Assembly (NCBI GenBank): GCA_028534125.1
Contig: CM052818.1
Span: forward strand, 684,001-748,000
Length of the DNA stretch: 64,000 nt
Direction: 5' to 3'
Source: Lama glama
Taxonomy: Eukaryota
How positions within the stretch are numbered: the first letter of the stretch is position 1; each line of letters begins with the position of its first letter. Both the position numbers and the translations under genes were made by a program. A model generated the notes under the pieces. That model did not search any database, was not told the DNA's origin, and saw nothing but the letters and a program-made list of their open reading frames with translations. Of this stretch, positions 1 through 13,225 are shown piece by piece.

Positions 1-257
1 ATTTCCTCCATCAGGAAAGGATCCTCAGCCTGCAAACCTGTCCCCCTTGTGCATCCTGGAGGGAAAGCTGCTCATCCCATACCTTCCTATCTGTCCCCTC
101 AGCAACCCAGGAAAAAGACCACCCTCAAACTCCAGTATGAAGTGAAAAACAAAAAGGAAAATAAAAAAGCAAAATAATCTGGATTAACATCCAAATGATT
201 TAAACAAAACCAGGGTAGGTAGAAACCAAAGCGTTTCACTTGAATGCCTGGCAGCAA

Positions 258-882
258 TGAGACAGGAAGGAAGCGGGCAGGACACAGCCATTAAAAGACT
301 GGCACGGCAGCTAGCACCAAGATGGGGGAACGTGCAACTCCCAGGAGACCTTGAGGCCCAAGACGGCGGGAGATTTGCCTTCCAGTAGACCTTGAGCTTC
401 ATTACACTCTCGTTGTAATATATTAGCATGGGAAATGGCATTCCCACAGGCACCATGACAGTTTGGAGGCTGACCATGGAAAGTCAAAAAGTGGGCGGTG
501 GCCCAGTTCCTGGGAATCCCCGCCCCTTCCTCCCACTTGTTAGCATATGAAGCCACTGAGCCCACAAAAACTAGTGACTAGTAACAGCGGGCCTCACGGC
601 CTCTCACTCTCTCACCTTCGGACACGGCCTGCACTCTGTCTATGGAGTGTGTACCCACATTTACTTTAAACTGAACACCCACCCCAACACCTCGTGGTCT
701 CTCTGACCTTCAGAGATGGCCTCCACTTGGTCTATGGAGTGTGTGTCTCTCTGAATAAATCTACTTTTACTCAAGTATGGCTTGCTCTTGAGTTCTTTCC
801 TGCCTAAAGCCAAGGACCCACACTTGATGGAGTGCATCCCAGGGACACAGCTAACCTCTTGGGCCCCATTTTTTCTGTATCA
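258..882 (+). mobile_element. ERV1-type solo LTR
   Basis: TG...CA ends, 4-bp TSD GCAA/GTAA, AATAAA at 754, internal duplicated motif gtctatggagtgtgt. Confidence 0.7.
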
Positions 883-3800
883 GTAATGTCCCAACTGATC
901 CTTCCACCTGCGCTACGATCCACCCTGAAGCCATTATTCCATTCTTGCACAAAGTCCCATTCTGCATTCCTTTGAGTTCAGACACATTTCCTGATGTTCA
1001 TGCCTGTTTAGAATGGTCCCCCCAAAGCTTTTTGTCCCCAAACTTGCCCTGTGCCAGGGAAACCACCCCCATGTTCCCAGGACACAGTTCTTCATTTTTA
1101 CGGCTCTTCCCTCTGCCTCAACTACCCCCTTGGTAATTCTGCTGTTCCAAATCCTGTGCCTACCCCCACCTTCTCTGCCCATCTGAATGCCACTTCCTCC
1201 ATGATGTGTTTCTTTAACCCACAGGGCCTGGGTTAAGGTCTGGCCCTTAGAAAGTGAACGATGACCATCTGTGGAATGAATTAATTTGCCAAATGCACGT
1301 GGTTCCTCTTTTACTGACTGCCTCCCTCCCTTCTTGCTTCTTTATGGGGCCTCACACTCTTGTGCTCGTGAATTTGTCTCATCTCTGACCTGCTGGAAAC
1401 TCCTTGAGGCGTGGGACTGTGCCTTCTGGCCTAGGCTGTCCCGATCTGCCTAAGACTAAGGACTTTCCTGGGTCACAGGACTTTCAGTGCTCAAACCAGA
1501 GAAGTCTCAGGCAGCCTGGGGTGAGCTGGTCACTGCAGTCTTGCAAGTCTTTCACTCTATGGGTTATGGAGAGAAACTACGGTTAATGTGATGGCTCAAC
1601 CGTGGCCTCCAAATCAGATTTTCCGCCTGTCTGCTGCAGGCGGGCCCTCGGTCTGAGGGTGTGGCTCTTCCACTGAGGGAAAACTCCGCACGATCTAGGA
1701 AGAAGGTGGGTCTTCAAGCCAGAAGATTAATTTCCTACCTGAAAGGGAAGTAAACCCTGAAATACAGGTCAAAAGACACAGAAAATCCACAGAAGGGCCT
1801 GCGGAAGCAGGGGCGTGGAGTTCATTTTTCAGTGGGGCTTCACCCCAGCTCTTTCTCCTATTTCTATGAGTCCAGACAAGTGTTACATTCTCTGAGCCTT
1901 AGTTTCTACATTTGCAAGGCTGGGGATGAAAATGCTCTCTTGGCAGGCCTGTTGAGAGAGTTAAATAAGAGAAGGTGTGTGTAACACCAAGCCCATCGCT
2001 TGGTGCCTGGAGGAGCTGACACTGCCAGGGGCTCCCAGCATGCTCCTCTCCCCACCCCGGGCCCCGAACTCCCACTTCCTTTCCCCTCCGCTCACTGTCC
2101 CTTCTCTCCTCCCTCCAGACTTCCTGTTTTCCACTTATGTTCCCCCATCGTATCTTTCCTATTTACAAAAAAGGAATTAATAACATGAGGGTGAAAAATC
2201 AGCACAAAACTTCAAGAAGTCACAGAGTACACAACATTTTTCTTGCAGAGTTTGGTTTGGTCCTTGGTTTTCTGTGTCCTTCTCTGAGGGAGCAGGCATT
2301 GGGGTTTGCAGAGCTGGGGTGGCAGTGGGATGTGGAATGCCCTCTTTAATCTCCGGCCTATGGAGAGAAGAGGCAAAGGGGGTGACATCTTTGCCGAGGA
2401 CTGCCTGTTTCAAGGAGCAGATTCTCCCTGGGTAAATGCCTCAGCTGGCTCACTGTACTTGGACAAGCTAAGCCAGCGAGTAATAAACCTCCCTGGGACG
2501 TGCTGATTAGATAAGCCAATGAGAGTTGTGGAAGACACGGACACGAGATTAAAAAACATAAAACGAATGTTACTTTTTACAGCGCCTATGAGCAGACAAA
2601 GACTCTTCGGTTCTAAAACAGCTGATTGGTGGGGCAATAGAGGAGGCACTATGTTAATCGCAGAAGGAGAAAAAAAGGAGTGGTGGGTGGGTTCCCACTG
2701 AAAGGTCCACCCTAAAGGGATTGGATTCAAGGGCCCAGGAGCAGCCAGGCCACTGCACTGGGGGTGAGTAGAGTGGATTTTAAATATATGGAGTTACAAC
2801 GTGTCTGTCGGTTCCGGTCTGGGGATGTGGGTGAGCACACTGAGCAGCCCAGGCAGGACTCCCCAGCCCACTGAGAGTCAGGGGAGAATTTTATTGCTTT
2901 TTGCTAAATATCTATACAAGACTTGGAGGGCAAAGATAAGGGACAATCTAATTGTTTAAATTGATCTATAATATTTCAACATAGGAGAGGACCCATAAGA
3001 GAATGACCGGTTTGTCCTGTAGTAGTGTCACTTTTCTGTGCTCCCCTGTCCCCGCCTCCAGAGAGGAGCGGGTGTGCGTGTGGGGCATCCGGGCAATGTG
3101 CGACTTCGCCCGGAGCTGAGAGCACACCTGGTTATGTTCTCTGCCTGGGGTGGGTGGTGTCTAACTACCCCTCTTCAATCCATGCTTTTCACAGTGGTTG
3201 GTCCTGTGCCTGCTTCACGCTGCTTCCAGTTCAATAAGGGTTATTTACAGCATCTTCTTAGGGGCTTCTGAAAGTCCAGGACTTACATTAAAAATCCCCA
3301 CTTCAGCTAAGCTTTCCAGTCCGAGGGAGGCACCCTTTTCCCAAGGATCTGCTTCTCGGGCTCTTGAGGGGATGAGAGGAAGGGGACGTGTGAGCAGCCA
3401 GGGAGCCCAGCCACATCTCTCTCCCTAGAAGGGACAGGCTGCACAGTTCTTGTGTTAGCAGGGCCCCTGGAGATCAGGTGGCTTTCCAAGGAAAGTGGCA
3501 TCCGGCCCTTGATGCAATTCTGACTTAGAAACCCAGCGCCCTTAGCTCTACAGACTTCCGTCCCTGAGAAAGTGTGTTTTGCCCTCTCTCCAAGCAGGCC
3601 TCCTGGAATTTGGAACTGAGCCGTGAGCTCATGAGCAGAGGCGTTTTCTCAGGAGTACCCTGAAGATCCACCAACTATGCTCTTTCTCCTTCTCACCCCA
3701 CAACTTATTTTGGATGTCTCAGTCTAAGGAGAGTCATCTTTCCCCATGAATTGCAGGCACTCAGTTAAGTGGCTTGTTGCTCGACTGAGTGTCGGCCCAA

Positions 3801-4019
3801 CTCTGGCTTCAGTCAAATTCACTTAACCAGAAAGGCAGTAATCAAGTACTTAGACTTCATAGTGGAGACCCTCAAACATCTCTTTTACCTCCCTCCTCTG
3901 TGAACAGGGATGGTGGCCATGCCAGCATGGGAGGTAACTTTGTCACAAGAAACAGTGCGTTCTTCAACGTTAACATTCCCCAAACCAGAATCAGCTGGTC
4001 CTGGGTTTCCTTTTCTCAG

Positions 4020-4211
4020 CCTTCATCTGTAGAAAAGATTGCTTCTTGAGCTACTTGGGATCCACTTTCCTGCCTGAAGAATTGGGCTCTGTGCTTCTGT
4101 TGGTTTATTATCTCAGGAGTACATGACTGGGGTGATTTTATACAATCTCGAGACCAGGAGCCCTTGAAGGTTCTCTTAATCAAAAATGAATTCAGCTCGG
4201 TTGGAGGCCCA
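4020..4211 (+). other. Possible upstream non-coding exon (acceptor at 4019 or 4116, donor gtaagt at 4212)
   Basis: tttccttttctcag| and ttattatctcag| acceptors plus a CCA|gtaagt donor in apparently non-repetitive DNA. Confidence 0.25.
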
Positions 4212-5629
4212 GTAAGTCATGCAGTACTCACTTCTGGTGTCATAGGTCGTAAACGGGGTCTGACTCGCCCTCCTCTTGTGTTTTGGCTTTCCTCTCCTTG
4301 ATCCAGAACAAGGGCGGCCCTAACGAGAAACAGAAAAGGACCATCCACACCTCCTTCATCTCTGCCCCTATCCTCCTCGGTCTGGGCAACTGGCAGCATC
4401 ATTTTATATCAGACTCCCTAGATCATGGGCTCTCTCTCTAGAAGGAGTCATTTCAACTCAGCCAGATCTTGTTACTCACCGGCTTGATGCTGAGAACAGT
4501 GTTTTCAGCACACAAATGGCCCAGGGCTGCCTCACGTCGGGTAATCCCTCTGGGCTAGCATTTCAGTTAGCAGCCATTCCAGTGCCTACTGTGTACTTGC
4601 AAAGTGCTTTGCCGGGCTGAGGGGGCAGGAGGAAGATAAACAGCACATGGAGCCCTGCCATCAGAGAGCTTACAATATAGCGGGAGAGGCAAGATATGTG
4701 CGTTTCAATTAACAACTGAAGATAACATTTTGTAACTATTCCAATCAACAAGCATGACTCATCGGATAAAATCAGACAGCCACTGGAGTTTTGCCTCTTG
4801 CTGCTCTTTTAAATGTATTCTGCCGGGCTGGATCTTGGTCTGTCACTGGATGGCATTTAGACAAGTCACGTGACTGTTCGGCTCACAAGAGTCTCAGTCT
4901 CATTTCAGTAACTGCAATGTCCATCCCAATAATAATTCAAACTTCAATCTCGACTTCAGATTGAAGGCCTCTTCCCATCCCAGCTTGGTGTGGCTGCAGA
5001 AGCCTGTGGCAGTTGGCGGTCTGGATGGGGAGTTTTGGCGTTCACTCTTACTTACTCACTTATTTAGCTACCAGTGGTCTGCAACCCCCTTCAGGGCTGT
5101 TGTCTGGGGAGAGAGAAAAGGTGAGGAGAGGGAAATGCTCTCTATACATTTGTGATCATCAGCCTCTCCGGGCTCCTCCGGGGAACATGCTGAGTCTTTT
5201 ACACATCCCTGGAGACCGCTCAAAGGCCAACCTTTTCCAGCCCCCTCAAAATCCAGCCCCCTGCCGAACATTCCCAGCTCTCACCTCCTTCCTCCTGGAG
5301 AAAGTCTCTGTGGCCAGGCAGGGGTTTTCTCTGCTTCTGTGCCCACCCGTCTCCTCTTCCCTTCCTTTTCTTCCCCATCTTGGGTGAAGCGCCCCTCCCG
5401 CCCTGGTCCTGGCTCAGCCTTTCCCCTCTGTTCGGCACCACAAATCCCCCCAAAGCCGGTCAGCAGAACGGCGTGACCTGCCAGGGTCTGGAGGCTGAGT
5501 CCTTTCTGGGTGGGGCGAGTCTTTCTTGTGGCTCGTTCACTGCAGCTCCTGGTAAATCATCTCTGCAGTTAACATGACTCTGAGCAAGCAAAAACGGACA
5601 CTTTTATGATTAAAATTCTTTACTTGTTA

Positions 5630-6380
5630 TTTCTTGTGATAAAATGGACATGATATAAAATCTACCATTTTAACCATTTTTGAGTGTATCATTCAATGGC
5701 ATTAAGGAAGCACCTTCACTCTGTTGTACAATCATCACCACCCTCCACTTCCAGAACTTTTTCATCAGCCCCAGCAGAAACTCTGTACCCATTTTTATTT
5801 ATTTATTTTTAATATTATTATTTATTTATTTTTAATGTCTATTTATTTTTATTTTTTATTTTGGGGGGGAGGTAATTAGGTTTACTTACTTATTTATTTT
5901 TAGGGGGGGTACAGGGGTTGCACCCAGGGCCTTGTGCGCGCTAAGCAGGTGCTCTACCGCTTGAGTTATGCCCTCCCCACTACTCTGTGCCCATTTAACA
6001 GCAACTCCCCGTTCCTTCTGCCCCCAGCCCCAGATAATCACTGTTCTACTTTCTGCTTCTATGAATCTGGTTATTCTCGACAGCTCATATAAGTGGAGTC
6101 GTACAAGTATTTGTCCTTTTGTGCCTGGCTTATTGCACTTAGCACAATGCTCTCAGGTTTCACCCATGTTTTAGCACGTGTCAGGCTTTTCCTCCTTTTT
6201 AAGGCTGAATAAGATTCCCCTGTGTGGACAGGTCACACTTCGTCTGTGTATTCATCTATCAGTAAACATTGGGGTGTCTCCCCCTCTTTTTTGGCTATTG
6301 TGAGTAATGCTGCTACAAACAGTGACATCAAGTATCTGTTTGAGTCCCTGCTTTCAATTCTTTAGGATCTATGCCTCAAT
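5630..6380 (-). mobile_element. Old L1 (L1MB-like) 3' end, interrupted by a SINE
   Basis: Typical antisense L1MB 3'UTR text (aaaatctaccattttaaccattttt...ttgcacttagcacaatg). Confidence 0.8.
5795..5981 (-). mobile_element. Vic-1-type tRNA-Ala-derived SINE
   Basis: tRNA-like head with A/B boxes on the minus strand and an AT-rich tail. 15-bp TSD actctgt(a/g)cccattt at 5780-5794 and 5982-5996. Confidence 0.85.
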
Positions 6381-6678
6381 GTATTTAATTGTTTCTGACT
6401 AGAGACTACGTCCCTATGGCGGGCAATATAACAGGTACAAGAGGTTACACAGTGGCCCTCGAGTCCTGTCTCTCAGTTCTCCCCCCCCCCCCCGCCAGGA
6501 ATAGTCACTGTTATTCGGTTGCTTCTGACTTCATCCCCGGACAGGACGTGCACCCGTAAGCAACCCCACACACAAATGGTGGCAACCACACCCACTTTTC
6601 TACACTTTCCTTTTCTTCCATTTAACAATGTTTATAAAAAATCATTCCATAGCACTATTTAAAAAGCATGCCCATTCT

Positions 6679-7059
6679 TCTTATTTTATTGAAGTATAAT
6701 CGGTCTGCAGTGTTGTGGCAATGTCTGCTGTACAGCACAGAGCTTCAGCCATACAGGAATACACATAGATTCATTTTCATATTCTGTTTCACCATGAGCT
6801 ACTACATGGTATTGAATATGTTTCCCTGTGCTCTACAGTATACAATTATTTATCTATTTTATATAAACCACGCAGTATCTGTAAATCTCAAACTCCCAGT
6901 TTATCCCTTCCCACCTCCCTCCCAGCTGGCAGCGACAAGTCTGTATTCTATGTCTGTGAGTCTGTTTCTGTTCTATATGTAAGTTCATTTGTCTTTTTTT
7001 TTTTTAGATTCCACATATGAGTGATATCATATGATATTTTTCTTTCTCTTTTTGGCTTG
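6679..7059 (-). mobile_element. Lineage-specific L1 3' fragment
   Basis: Antisense L1 3'UTR. 17-bp TSD aaaag(c/t)atgcccattct at 6662-6678 and 7060-7076. Confidence 0.85.
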
Positions 7060-8671
7060 AAAAGTATGCCCATTCTATTTCATGGTTTTTCCAATGTAAG
7101 ATAAAACTTTTCTTTATCAGTCCCCTCTTGATAGACATTATGTTATTTCCAATGTTTTGCTGCCATGAACAACGCTGTAACAATAACAGCCAGCATTTAC
7201 TGAGCACTTACTGTGTGCCAGGCCCTCTTTAATAGCCTATCTGTGCCTTGCATCACTTAACTCCCACGAGAACCCTCTGATGTAAGTGTAGGGAGGTGAG
7301 TAACTGCCCCGAACCACACAGGCATCTTTGTCCACAGGTGGGGGTATATCTGTAAGATAATTTTCTAGACAAAGAGTTGCTGTTACCCAGCAAAGGTACG
7401 CGCATTTGTAGGAGTTACGGATACTGTGGGAACAGCCCCACGGAGCCCGCACTCGCCCGCAGCCTCTCCAGCCGCAGCGCGGGAGATGACCCATTTCCTT
7501 CCACACTTGCTGCTGTGAAAGCTTTTGCTATTTGCCAGTCTAAAGGTGAAAAATGGTATTTCACTGTGGCTCTAATGTTCTTCCTTTTCTTTTTTCAAAT
7601 GAGTGAGGTTGAGCATCTTTTCAAGTATTTCAAGGCAACTTGTTTTTATGAACAGGGTTTTTAAAAACTTGATAAAATGATTGATTCCACTCTTGATCTA
7701 GAAGAATCTGTGGTTAAGGTAGCCTGAATTCCTTTATATTTTAATTTTATTTGTATATTGTTTTGAAAAGGTAATACAGTAACAAGATCCAAAATTCAAT
7801 AGGAGTAAAAGGTGTAGAGTTGTCAACCCCCCTTCCAAGTCTCTTGCTTAGCTGCCCAATTCCTGTCCCCTTATGCAGCCAGGGTTCCATTACTCCTGCC
7901 TGCTCCTGCAGTCATAGCTTGGGCCATGCTGTCACCCTGCAGTGCTCCACGGCTGAAATATTAAATTCAAACATCTCACTCTGACGCCACCACTGTCCTC
8001 TCAGCTCCACCCCGCACCTGACCTTTAGCCTCACGGCAACTCCCCTCAACATGCCACACCTGCCCTTCCTTTCCCAACCAGGTGAGATTCTCAGCCCCCT
8101 AGGAGGCTGAGCGTCACTGTCCCACAGCCTCCAGCCACCTCTGCCTGGAAATCCTTACTCTCCATTTCATAGCACCTTGCTCAGAGTTGGCCAGCCCACG
8201 GGATCACTCTCATTTAAAAATTTTAAGCAGAGTCACCACATAACTTGTTGCCCAAACTGGATCCCTTCTGAGAATGAAAGAGGGAACCGAACAATGAAGC
8301 CAAGACAACAGGGCAAATGGAGACTGCCCAAGGCAAACTGAGACGCAAGTTCACACCCAATCTTAAGGAACAGTCACATTCAATTTCAGATCAGAGTTCA
8401 ATGTTCTGAGTCCTACAAATGATTAAATTTCTGACTTTGCTGCCCCAGCTTCTCCTCTAAGTCAAAATTTTAATTTAATTTAATTCTTTGTTTATTTTAA
8501 ATTGTTTTGTTTTGTGATTTTTTTACGTGTTTATTAAATGAAAATTTTAAAATAGTACATTTAAGCAACATTGTTTTCTTAAAAAAAAAATCTGTTTTTG
8601 GACTATCAATTTCAGCCCGTAAACCCAAGGGTGCAGAAAACATTAGTTTATTTTTTTAAAACTCTCCATCT

Positions 8672-8712
8672 AAAAACAAAACAAAACAAAACAAAACAAA
8701 ACAAAACAAAAA
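8672..8712. repeat. (AAAAC)n microsatellite
   Basis: Seen directly in the sequence. Confidence 0.95.
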
Positions 8713-10969
8713 ATTCTCCATCTATATTTTGAGCCCCTGTTTTAAAAAGGTGCTGATACTTATCGCTGTTGGTTCTGAGTTTCCCTCATGGTTTCCATTT
8801 TGAGGTTGCAGTGGGGGGCTCTGCAGAGTTCTAGACTCTAGACCTTTGTAGGTCCCTACACTCGATGTCCTTGCCTTGTCCCCCACAGTCCTTGTTCATT
8901 GGTGCCTGCAGGTCATGGTGGAACTCAGAGCCCCCCTCCATGTTTGCAGGTGGCCTTGAATGCGGGGCAGGGGACAGCGTTGGTCTTTCTCGTGAGCATC
9001 ATCTCCCACGCTTCAGTTGAGCTCCAGCCAAGTGTCTTTTCTGTTCCCCTAAGGCAGGAAGCTCCTTTTGTCTCTTCTTTCTGCTTTCACACCCCCTCCC
9101 TGAGGCAAAGCACGGAATAGTCTGGCTATTTGAATGGGGGCAAGGAGGTCAAGAAAATACCAGGCTGGAGGAGGGAGGCATTGGCTAATCTGAGGAGTGG
9201 CTTTACAGGGCGTCTCAGGTTGGCCCACGTGCCAGAGCACAGTCCCCTGCAGCCTGGGGGAGCAGTGGGATGGTCTTGCTCTGGGTCCCTCTTGGGACCT
9301 GAACTCCTAGGTACTCACAGTCCCTCTGTGGTCTCAGTGATTCCCAATCATGTTTGCAAATGATGGCTTCTGTGGCAGTTTTGTCAAGGTCTAAGCTTAA
9401 GTAAAGGGACTGCCATCTAAAGCCTCTTTCCTCCTTAGGCAGTATTATCAGCTGTAGCTCCCCTAACCCAGTTAGCTTTCACCAGCCTCCATCTAGGGCC
9501 TGCAGGGGGCAACAGAGAGCAGGTGCAGAGGGGAGAAAAGGGCTGGTTCCGAGCCTGCAGGGGCATCTGGGCTCGGAGAGAAGTAACAGTGATGACTCGC
9601 TCATTCCCCCATGCTGCCAGGACTGCCCGCCCCACCCCCTCGGAATACACAAGTCACGAGCTTCCTGGGAGTATAGTCGTTATAACAATGTTACCGTTTA
9701 GTACTAATTATTTCCTATCGGCCAGAATCGACCTAAGATTTTATACACATTGATTCAGTCAGCTCTTATAACAACCCTGGAGGTAGATATAATTATCATT
9801 CCCATTTTTCAGCCCATTTTACAGAGAGATAAGTAACTTGCCTGAGATCCCACAGTGAGTGGAACCAGGGTTTATGAGCCTCTGTTCTCTCTCTCTATAT
9901 ATATCAGTGAACAAGGCAAGATCTTTACCACATTAGAGGAACAGACAATAAATGAATAAACAAACAAACACAAAATGCGGTTTTGGCTAGAAATGTCACG
10001 TAGACAAGGAAGGCAGAGGGAAGGACTAAGGGACGTTAGACAGGTGGTGTGGGAGGGCCTTCTTGGGTAGATGGCATTTGGTCAGAGAGCTGAATACATG
10101 AAGGAACAAGTAACACTGAGGGTTAGGGAAACAAAGGTGCTAAGGGCGTGAGTGGGAATCGGCTCCGGGTGTTGGAGGAACAGCGGGACGAGCAGTGTGG
10201 CTGCACGGAGTGAGCTAAGGGCTATGCTGTTCCTGGCTGCAGGCCACAGCGGCGATCGGGGGTACATACAGCCACCGCCTAACCTGAGCCTGGCCCCTTT
10301 GGGTGTCTCAGCTTCCCTTAAAGACATCTACCATCTTTTTTTGCCCTCCTGGACAGTCTTGACCCCGTCACGGTATGTTCCCTCCTTGACCCTGGATACA
10401 GTTCAAAAGCAGTTAAAGTCGACAAGAATCTAGGGCAGCCAGTCTCATTCCAGCTGCCAAAGCTTGGCACAAACGATCTGAGAGCCAAATCTTACACACA
10501 CTGGAATGAGTCTGGCCCAGCTCATGGAGAATTTCATGTACATAAAAGTTCTAGAGAGACCTGCCTTATTCCCACCAACACAGGACCTGAAACTCACAGG
10601 CCCCGCCAGGGTAGGGAACTTGTTTTCACGTCTTACTTTGCCCCCCCATGCCAGGGGTCAAACCTGCTTAAACCCTGTCACCTGTCAAACCCCGATGGGG
10701 CTCAGATGGCACCTGGCCAAGAGGTGGAAAGAGGATCTGTCCCTGTGAAGTAGCCACCCGTCTCTGCCAAGTCTCTAAAGGAATAGGAGTCCCTTTTAAG
10801 AGCTGCAAGTTAGGAGGTCAAGAGCTGCAAGTTAGGAAATATCTCTGCCCCGCCTTCTTCCTTGTAGAGCCTGTGACTAAGACGGGCCCATGTGGGATGC
10901 CCTTTTGGCCTGGGTTAGGTACAGTCTGCGGCCCAGGACTAGAGGGAGCTGAGTGGTCTAATCCAGGAT

Positions 10970-11141
10970 CCATCGACCTCAGCACTGCTGCCAGTCAAGG
11001 CCAGCTAACTGTTGGCTGCTTTGTGTGGGCTGTTAGCAGCATCCCTGGCCTTTACCCACTAGAGGCCAGAAGCACTCTTCTCCCTGTGCCTCCAGATATT
11101 GCCACGTGTCCCCTGGGGACATGCCTGACTGAGAACCACTG
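10970..11141 (-). mobile_element. MER20-like hAT DNA transposon remnant
   Basis: ttagcagcatccctggcctttacccactaga...tgagaaccactg matches the reverse of the recalled MER20 consensus. Confidence 0.7.
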
Positions 11142-11439
11142 GGTCCAGCTTTCCTCTTTCCCCTAAGCCAACGCGTGGTTCTCCGCTATAACCGCTGTGG
11201 TGTGAGGAAGGCCCCCAGGCATTCACCCTGAGCCTAAAGCCAGCTGGGTGAACCAGTCTCCTTGGCAGTAACACGGGAAGAGTTCAGGGGGAAAGGACGG
11301 GAGAGAAAAGGGGTGAGCAGAGCTGCTCTCACCACTTTTTGGCTCACAAAACTAAATCATGGGGAAGGGGAGGGACAGAGAGGCCACAAACATCATGGGG
11401 CTAGGTCTCTCTCTCCTTCCCCGTTCTGTCTCCCAATCA

Positions 11440-11450
11440 CTCTCTCTCTG

Positions 11451-11510
<60 letters not shown>
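11440..11510. repeat. Compound (CT)n(CA)n microsatellite
   Basis: Seen directly in the sequence. Confidence 0.95.
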
Positions 11511-11512
<2 letters not shown>

Positions 11513-12637
11513 CTGCCATTCTGTGTATTGGCTTTGTTCTCTGCCCCTGAAGACAGGCTTTCTCCAGAGACAGAAGGGAGCTTAGTGCTGGAGGAGAAGG
11601 TTAATTCCTGGTCTAGAATAAGAGGTGTGCAGGGCAGGAGCCCGAGGCCATGGGTGTCAGCAAGGGAGGAGTGAAGGGACTCACCATGCTGTCCAGCCCA
11701 GAACAGGGCATAAACGAAGCTACGAGGGGCTGGTGGAGAGAAGAGGAAGGAGTCTGAAGACTTGGGGTCTTCGTCGTGCTGCAAAGCAGGAAGGAGCGTC
11801 GGAGATTAGGAAGCTGTTCATTACGAGCCATGGCCTTCAGCCCACTCTGTGAATATTTGCTCTATCCCAGAGATGCAGACTCAGAATCACAGGATGACAG
11901 AGTCTGAAGGACACTCAGAGACCATTTAGTCCAATCAGCTCCATCGAGGCTCTGTCATTAACGTACCAGCACTGGAATCTGAGGGTGACGCTTGCCCCTA
12001 GCCCTTCCCTCTAAGCCTGGCATCCTCCTAAATTTGGAATCAAATGAGGAATAAGACACAGGAGTCAAACAGCTAGAGATGAAAATTGCTTCATAATGGA
12101 TAAAGCTGATTGGAGACTTTGGTTTAGAATGTGCAGTCACAATCAGGCTTCCTAATTCCTTCCCCCAGAATCAAACTTATCTTCCCGGCACTGGAAGACT
12201 CCCTACCTACAGGACAAGAACCTGCCCTGGGACGTTTACACCTAAGAGAGGAGGAGAGGAGGGAAGCTCGGACCTTCCCTGGGGCAGGCAGTTCTCAGAA
12301 GGGTCTGAGTCATGCACGTGCTCATTTTATTCTCCCAACTTCTTCAAGCCCAAGAGCCACTCATCATCCACTAAGTCGGAGTGAGTAAGGAGGTAGAGAG
12401 ATGAGTTGAGAGTACTTTTCTCAAAACTTCAGAGAGGATAGAAGCTTCCTCTTTGTAGGGAAGAGTAAAGTGCTTGGAGGGAGAGATGTGAGTTCCCCTT
12501 AACAAGCCACCATTTTAAAAGTGCCAATTCTGCTCCAAGAAGACTGAAGCCCAGAGAGGTAAAGTGTTCTCTCGAGGTCACACAGCTCTGGGGACTGAGT
12601 AAGGTTCCTAATGCCAAGCCTTTACCATTTCATACTT

Positions 12638-12940
12638 TTTTAAAAAATTTGTTTGTTTTTTATTGACATATAGTCAGTTACAGTGTGTCAATTTCTGGTG
12701 TACAACATAATGTCCCGGTCACACATGCATATACATATATTCATTTTCATATTCTTTTTCATTAAAGGTTATTACAAGATATTGAATATAGTTCCCTGTG
12801 CTGTACAGAAGAAATCTGTTTTTAATCTATTTTTACGTATAGTGGTTAACAGTTGCAAATCTCAAACTCCCAAACTTATCCCTTCCCACCCTCTTTCCCT
12901 GGTAACCATAAGATTGTTTCCTGTGTCTGAGTCTGTTTCC
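12638..12940 (-). mobile_element. Lineage-specific L1 3' fragment
   Basis: Perfect 16-bp TSD ttaccatttcatactt at 12622-12637 and 12941-12956. Confidence 0.88.
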
Positions 12941-13029
12941 TTACCATTTCATACTTGTAATCACAGAAAGTCAAGGTCATCCAGGGTCATCAGCATGATA
13001 GTAACAAGAATCTCCTCCATCATTTAGGA

Positions 13030-13225
13030 GATCTTCTTGCCCCTTCCTCCATCACCACTATTGCCTCCACTTCCTCTATATGCACCTCATCACCTCCATT
13101 TACAACTCCACCACCTCCATCTCTAGCTCCACCACCTCCATTTATGCCCAAATACCATAGTGCCATTCCTACCATTCCACTTACCATTTCCACTTCTACC
13201 ATTCTCTCCATTTTACTACCCACGC
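13030..13225. repeat. Low-complexity (TCCACC/ACCATT)-like degenerate repeat
   Basis: Recurring ctccacc, cacctcc and accattc units. Confidence 0.7.

Noticed and set aside
10798..10837. Short tandem duplication aagagctgcaagttagga (similar case ttacagaataaaagtcag near 43020-43060)
   Set aside because: Ordinary two-copy slippage duplications with no further structure.
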